Position numbers and translations under genes: made by a program
The notes under the pieces: model-generated
Database searches by the model: none
Seen by the model: the letters and a program-made list of their open reading frames with translations, nothing else
What the model was told of the DNA's origin: nothing
Shown here: positions 60,852-64,000 of the stretch, in pieces
Position numbering within the stretch: the stretch's first letter is position 1
How the letters are laid out: the number at the start of each line of letters is the position of its first letter
NCBI GenBank assembly: GCA_964016885.1
Contig: CAXHJY010000489.1
Coordinates: 124,001 to 188,000, forward strand
Source: Eledone cirrhosa
Lineage: Eukaryota
Reading direction: 5' to 3'
DNA: 64,000 nt

Positions 60852-61265
60852 ATATAAGTGTAGTGTGGGTGCATGTGTGTATAAGTACCTGTGTGTGTGT
60901 GTGCATATAAGCCTTGTGTGGGTGTGTGTGTGTATAAGTGTGTGTGTGCATATAAGTGTTGTGTGGGTGTGTGGGTGTATAAGTGTGTGTGTGTGTATAT
61001 AAGTGTTGTGTGGGTGTGTGAGTGTATAAGTGTGTGTGTGTGCATATAAGTGTTGTGTGGGTGTGTGTGTGTGCATGCATGTGTGTGTGCATATAAGAGT
61101 TGTGTGTATGTGTGTGCATGTGCATATAAGAGTTGTGTGTATGTGTGTGCATGTGCATATAAGTGTTGCTTGTGTGTGTGTATGCAGGTGTGTGTGCATA
61201 TAAATGTTGTGTGTGTGTGTGTGTATGCACGTGTGTGTGCATATAAGTGTTGTGTGTATGTGATT
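60780..61265. repeat. (TG)n-based minisatellite with catataagtgtt spacers
   Basis: Direct. Confidence 0.9.
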
Positions 61266-61407
61266 ATATATTTGCTTGTATATGTATGTTTAAGTATACC
61301 AGAATTCATATTTTCATGTCTGTGAGTAGAATTGCTTATTTCATTATTGTTCACTGTGTATGTATATAAGTATATATATAAATATATACACACACACATA
61401 TATATAT

Positions 61408-61461
<54 letters not shown>

Positions 61462-61609
61462 AGTATATGTTGGTTGTTTACCGACACCTCAGTATGCAGA
61501 TTGGAGCACTCAACGTAGTACGCAGGTTGGTTTGTTTACTCCAGAGTAATGTAAAATAATTAAGTCAAATATGTAAAATTTTGATTCGTTTATTATAAAT
61601 TATAGATAT

Positions 61610-61664
61610 ACTGCTATATATATTTCGGTGACAGCCATCATTGGCTGTGACCTTTTCAGGCAAT
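61610..61664 (-). ncRNA. Hammerhead copy with G8A core mutation (probably inactive)
   Basis: ATTGC-CTGAAAA-GGTcACAGCCA...TGGCTGTcACC-GAAA-(TA)n-GCAGT. Confidence 0.7.
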
Positions 61665-61839
61665 CCGAATTGGTGTGGGAAAGACAGGTACACATGTTAT
61701 TCTTCTAAGGAACTGGAATCATATGATTCCAGTTCCTCAGAAGAATAACAACACAACCAGGAGCTGGACATATAGATGTATTGACTGAGTAAAACACACT
61801 TCAACAATATGTGTACCTGTCTTTCCCACACCAATTCGG

Positions 61840-61894
61840 ACTGCCTGAAGAGGTCACAGCCAATGATGGCTGTCACCGAAATATATATAGCAGT
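61840..61894 (+). ncRNA. Type I minimal hammerhead ribozyme
   Basis: ACTGC-CTGAAGA-GGTcACAGCCAatgaTGGCTGTcACC-GAAA-TATATATA-GCAGT; AATAAA downstream. Confidence 0.88.
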
Positions 61895-61962
61895 ATATCT
61901 ATAATTTATAATAAACAAGGCCAAATTATTTCATATATATATATATATATATATATCATATA

Positions 61963-63272
61963 TATCATTGTTTTTACGTCCACTTTTCCACATGTGCATG
62001 GGTTGGACAGCACCTTCTCAGCATGGCATCTCTTTACTTGCTGCGTTCCTTTGTAAGTCTCAGTGATTTGAGGTCAATTCTCACTACCTCTGCCCAGGTC
62101 TGTCTTAATTGTCCTCTACTGAGGCTTCCTTCCACTGGCATTTCCTGGCACTTCTTCACTGGTCACATGTCTGTACCAATGCAGTTTTCTCTCCTACATA
62201 TTACCTCAGATTCCTCTTAAACTCAGCTTCTCCTTCAACTCATCCAAGCTCTGCCTCTCTCTCACACATTGTACATACAATTGAACTTAGTTGTTTCGTT
62301 TCTCTCCAGTCTACGCATATCCTCCACAGTCACAGCCCAACTTTTACTACCATGCAGCATTGCCCTTTGCACACAGGCGTCCTTTTATATGTAGGGAGAA
62401 AACTTTTGTAGTCAACAGTGGAAGTAGCTCCCTGAATTTTTCCATCTTATCCTTATTCTAGCTATTATATTCTCCGAGCACCCTCATTCATTGCTAATTA
62501 CATTGCATAGATAGCAGAAGCTATCAACTACTTCTATGGGTCCTTCCTATTACTGCAATAGGGTAACACCACTGGTTATCTTCACCTCAGTTACCCTTGT
62601 GCATCTACATACAAAGTCTTTCCTTCCTGTTAGTCTACCCATTATCCTACTACATTCCTCGTGTACCCAAGATTTACATTGTGCCTATTGTATGGAGTTT
62701 GTGCCTACTCCCTTTCTATATAGTGAACAGGGCCACTTCCCAGAAGAAATCTTCTCTCCTACTCACTAACACTTTAGTTTTGGCTAAGTTTACTCTCAGG
62801 CCTTTTGATTCTAAATTTGATTTCCAATCTTGACACTTATGTTCTAGGTGTTTAATGGATTCAGCTATAAGGACCAGATCATCTGCATAGAGAAGTTACC
62901 ATGGGTAGCAGGTCTTAAACTCCTCTGTTATAGCCTGGAGGACTTTAATGAATAGTAGTGGGCTAAGAACCAAACCGTGATGAATTTCTACCTGTACCTT
63001 GAAATCCTCACTAAACTCACTTCCTACTCTCACTTTACTGACAGCTCCGCTGTAGATAGCTTGCACTGCTCTTACAAGCCATTCTTCTACACCTAATTTC
63101 CTTAAGGACCACCAGATAGTAGATTGGGGTACTCTGTCAAACACTTTTTCTATGTCAACAAAAGCTAGGTATAGTGGCTTATTTTTGGCTAAGAACTTCT
63201 CTTGTAGTTGCCTCACTAAAACGAGGGTGTCTGTAGTATTTCCCCAGGCATGAAATCAAACTGCATCTCGGC
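61963..63272 (-). mobile_element. Old degenerate RTE LINE (family A-like), 3' half
   Basis: ORF 62896-63216 has LYLAFVDIEKVFDRVP and LSPLLF; YADD at ~62880; RTE tail at 61963. Confidence 0.9.
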
Positions 63273-63379
63273 TAAATAGTTTTTATTAGTAAAAGCTGAT
63301 TCTGCTTAAAAAATAAATTGTATTATTAGAAAATTTATCTGAGATGAAACTTTTATGTAAGTTATATATGTACTACAAT

Positions 63380-63655
63380 AGTATGTGATTTAGTGGCTAA
63401 GGTGTTGTAGCTCATGGGTTCCTGTACAGGTTCATGTCATGTCTTGGAGAAAGACACTTTATTTCACTTGACTTCAATCCATTCTGCTAAAATGAGTTGT
63501 ATCTGTAATTTAAAGGGCCACCATGGAATCTCCCTGAGAACTACTATAAAGGGTACTCTTTGTGTCTGTAGAATGCTCAGCCACTTGCACATTAATTTTA
63601 CAAGCAGGCAGTTCTACTGTTTGAAAAATTGGATCACTTGTCAGTTTTGATGAAA
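63380..63655 (+). mobile_element. Diverged SINE family 2-like
   Basis: tgatttagtggctaagg..gtcttggagaaagacactttatttca. Confidence 0.65.
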
Positions 63656-63666
63656 GTTCAAACTAA

Positions 63667-63792
63667 TCACCACCATCACCACCATCACCACCATCACCAC
63701 CACCACCACCATCACCACCATCACCACTACCACTATCACCACTATCACCACTATCACCACCACCACCACCACCACCATCATCATCATCACCA
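63667..63792. repeat. (CAC/CAT)n trinucleotide tract
   Basis: Direct. Confidence 0.95.
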
Positions 63793-63794
63793 TG

Positions 63795-64000
63795 TTGCAC
63801 CACATGTCTTCTGCACTTACTACCCATGTTTCACTACCATGTAGCACCACATGTCTTCTGCAGTCGCTGCCCATGTTTCTCTACCATGTAGCACCACATG
63901 TCTTCTGCAGTCACTACTATTGTTTCACTACCATGTAGCACCACACATCTTCTGCAGTCAATACCCATGTTTCACTACCATGTAGCACCACATGTCTTCT
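63795..64000 (-). repeat. 47-bp minisatellite derived from RTE coding sequence
   Basis: Period 47 (63797, 63844, 63891, 63938). Minus unit gtgctacatggtagtgaaacatgggcagcgactgcagaagacat matches RTE LHGSETWAATAED at 44743-44790. Confidence 0.85.

Larger units (their letters stand above)
61588..61916. mobile_element. Fold-back PLE-type 3'-end insertion with ~110-bp inverted arms, each carrying an HHR
   Basis: 61588-61697 is the reverse complement of 61807-61916; nested 56-bp palindrome at 61695-61750. Confidence 0.85.

Overview
Repeat-saturated, AT-rich animal genomic DNA. The SINE and RTE repertoire and the (TA)n density suggest a cephalopod, probably octopus (inference). No intact multi-exon host gene is visible, only a candidate Kelch-like terminal exon (7543-7713, minus) and weak candidate exons near 60 kb. 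The window holds about seven RTE-clade LINE copies from two families, whose ORF carries a PHD-like Cys/His finger downstream of the RT core. It also holds one CR1-clade LINE, several Penelope-like element (PLE) remnants, two non-autonomous Helitrons, tRNA-derived SINEs, minisatellites and an ~11-kb array of a 58-bp satellite. The most striking unannotated layer is at least 12 type-I minimal hammerhead ribozyme (HHR) motifs from several PLE-type families. These show compensatory covariation, a U3-A8 core variant, a recurrent A4 core variant and (TA)n-palindromic helix III. Many sit in tail-outward fold-back insertions whose junctions fall inside the ribozyme.
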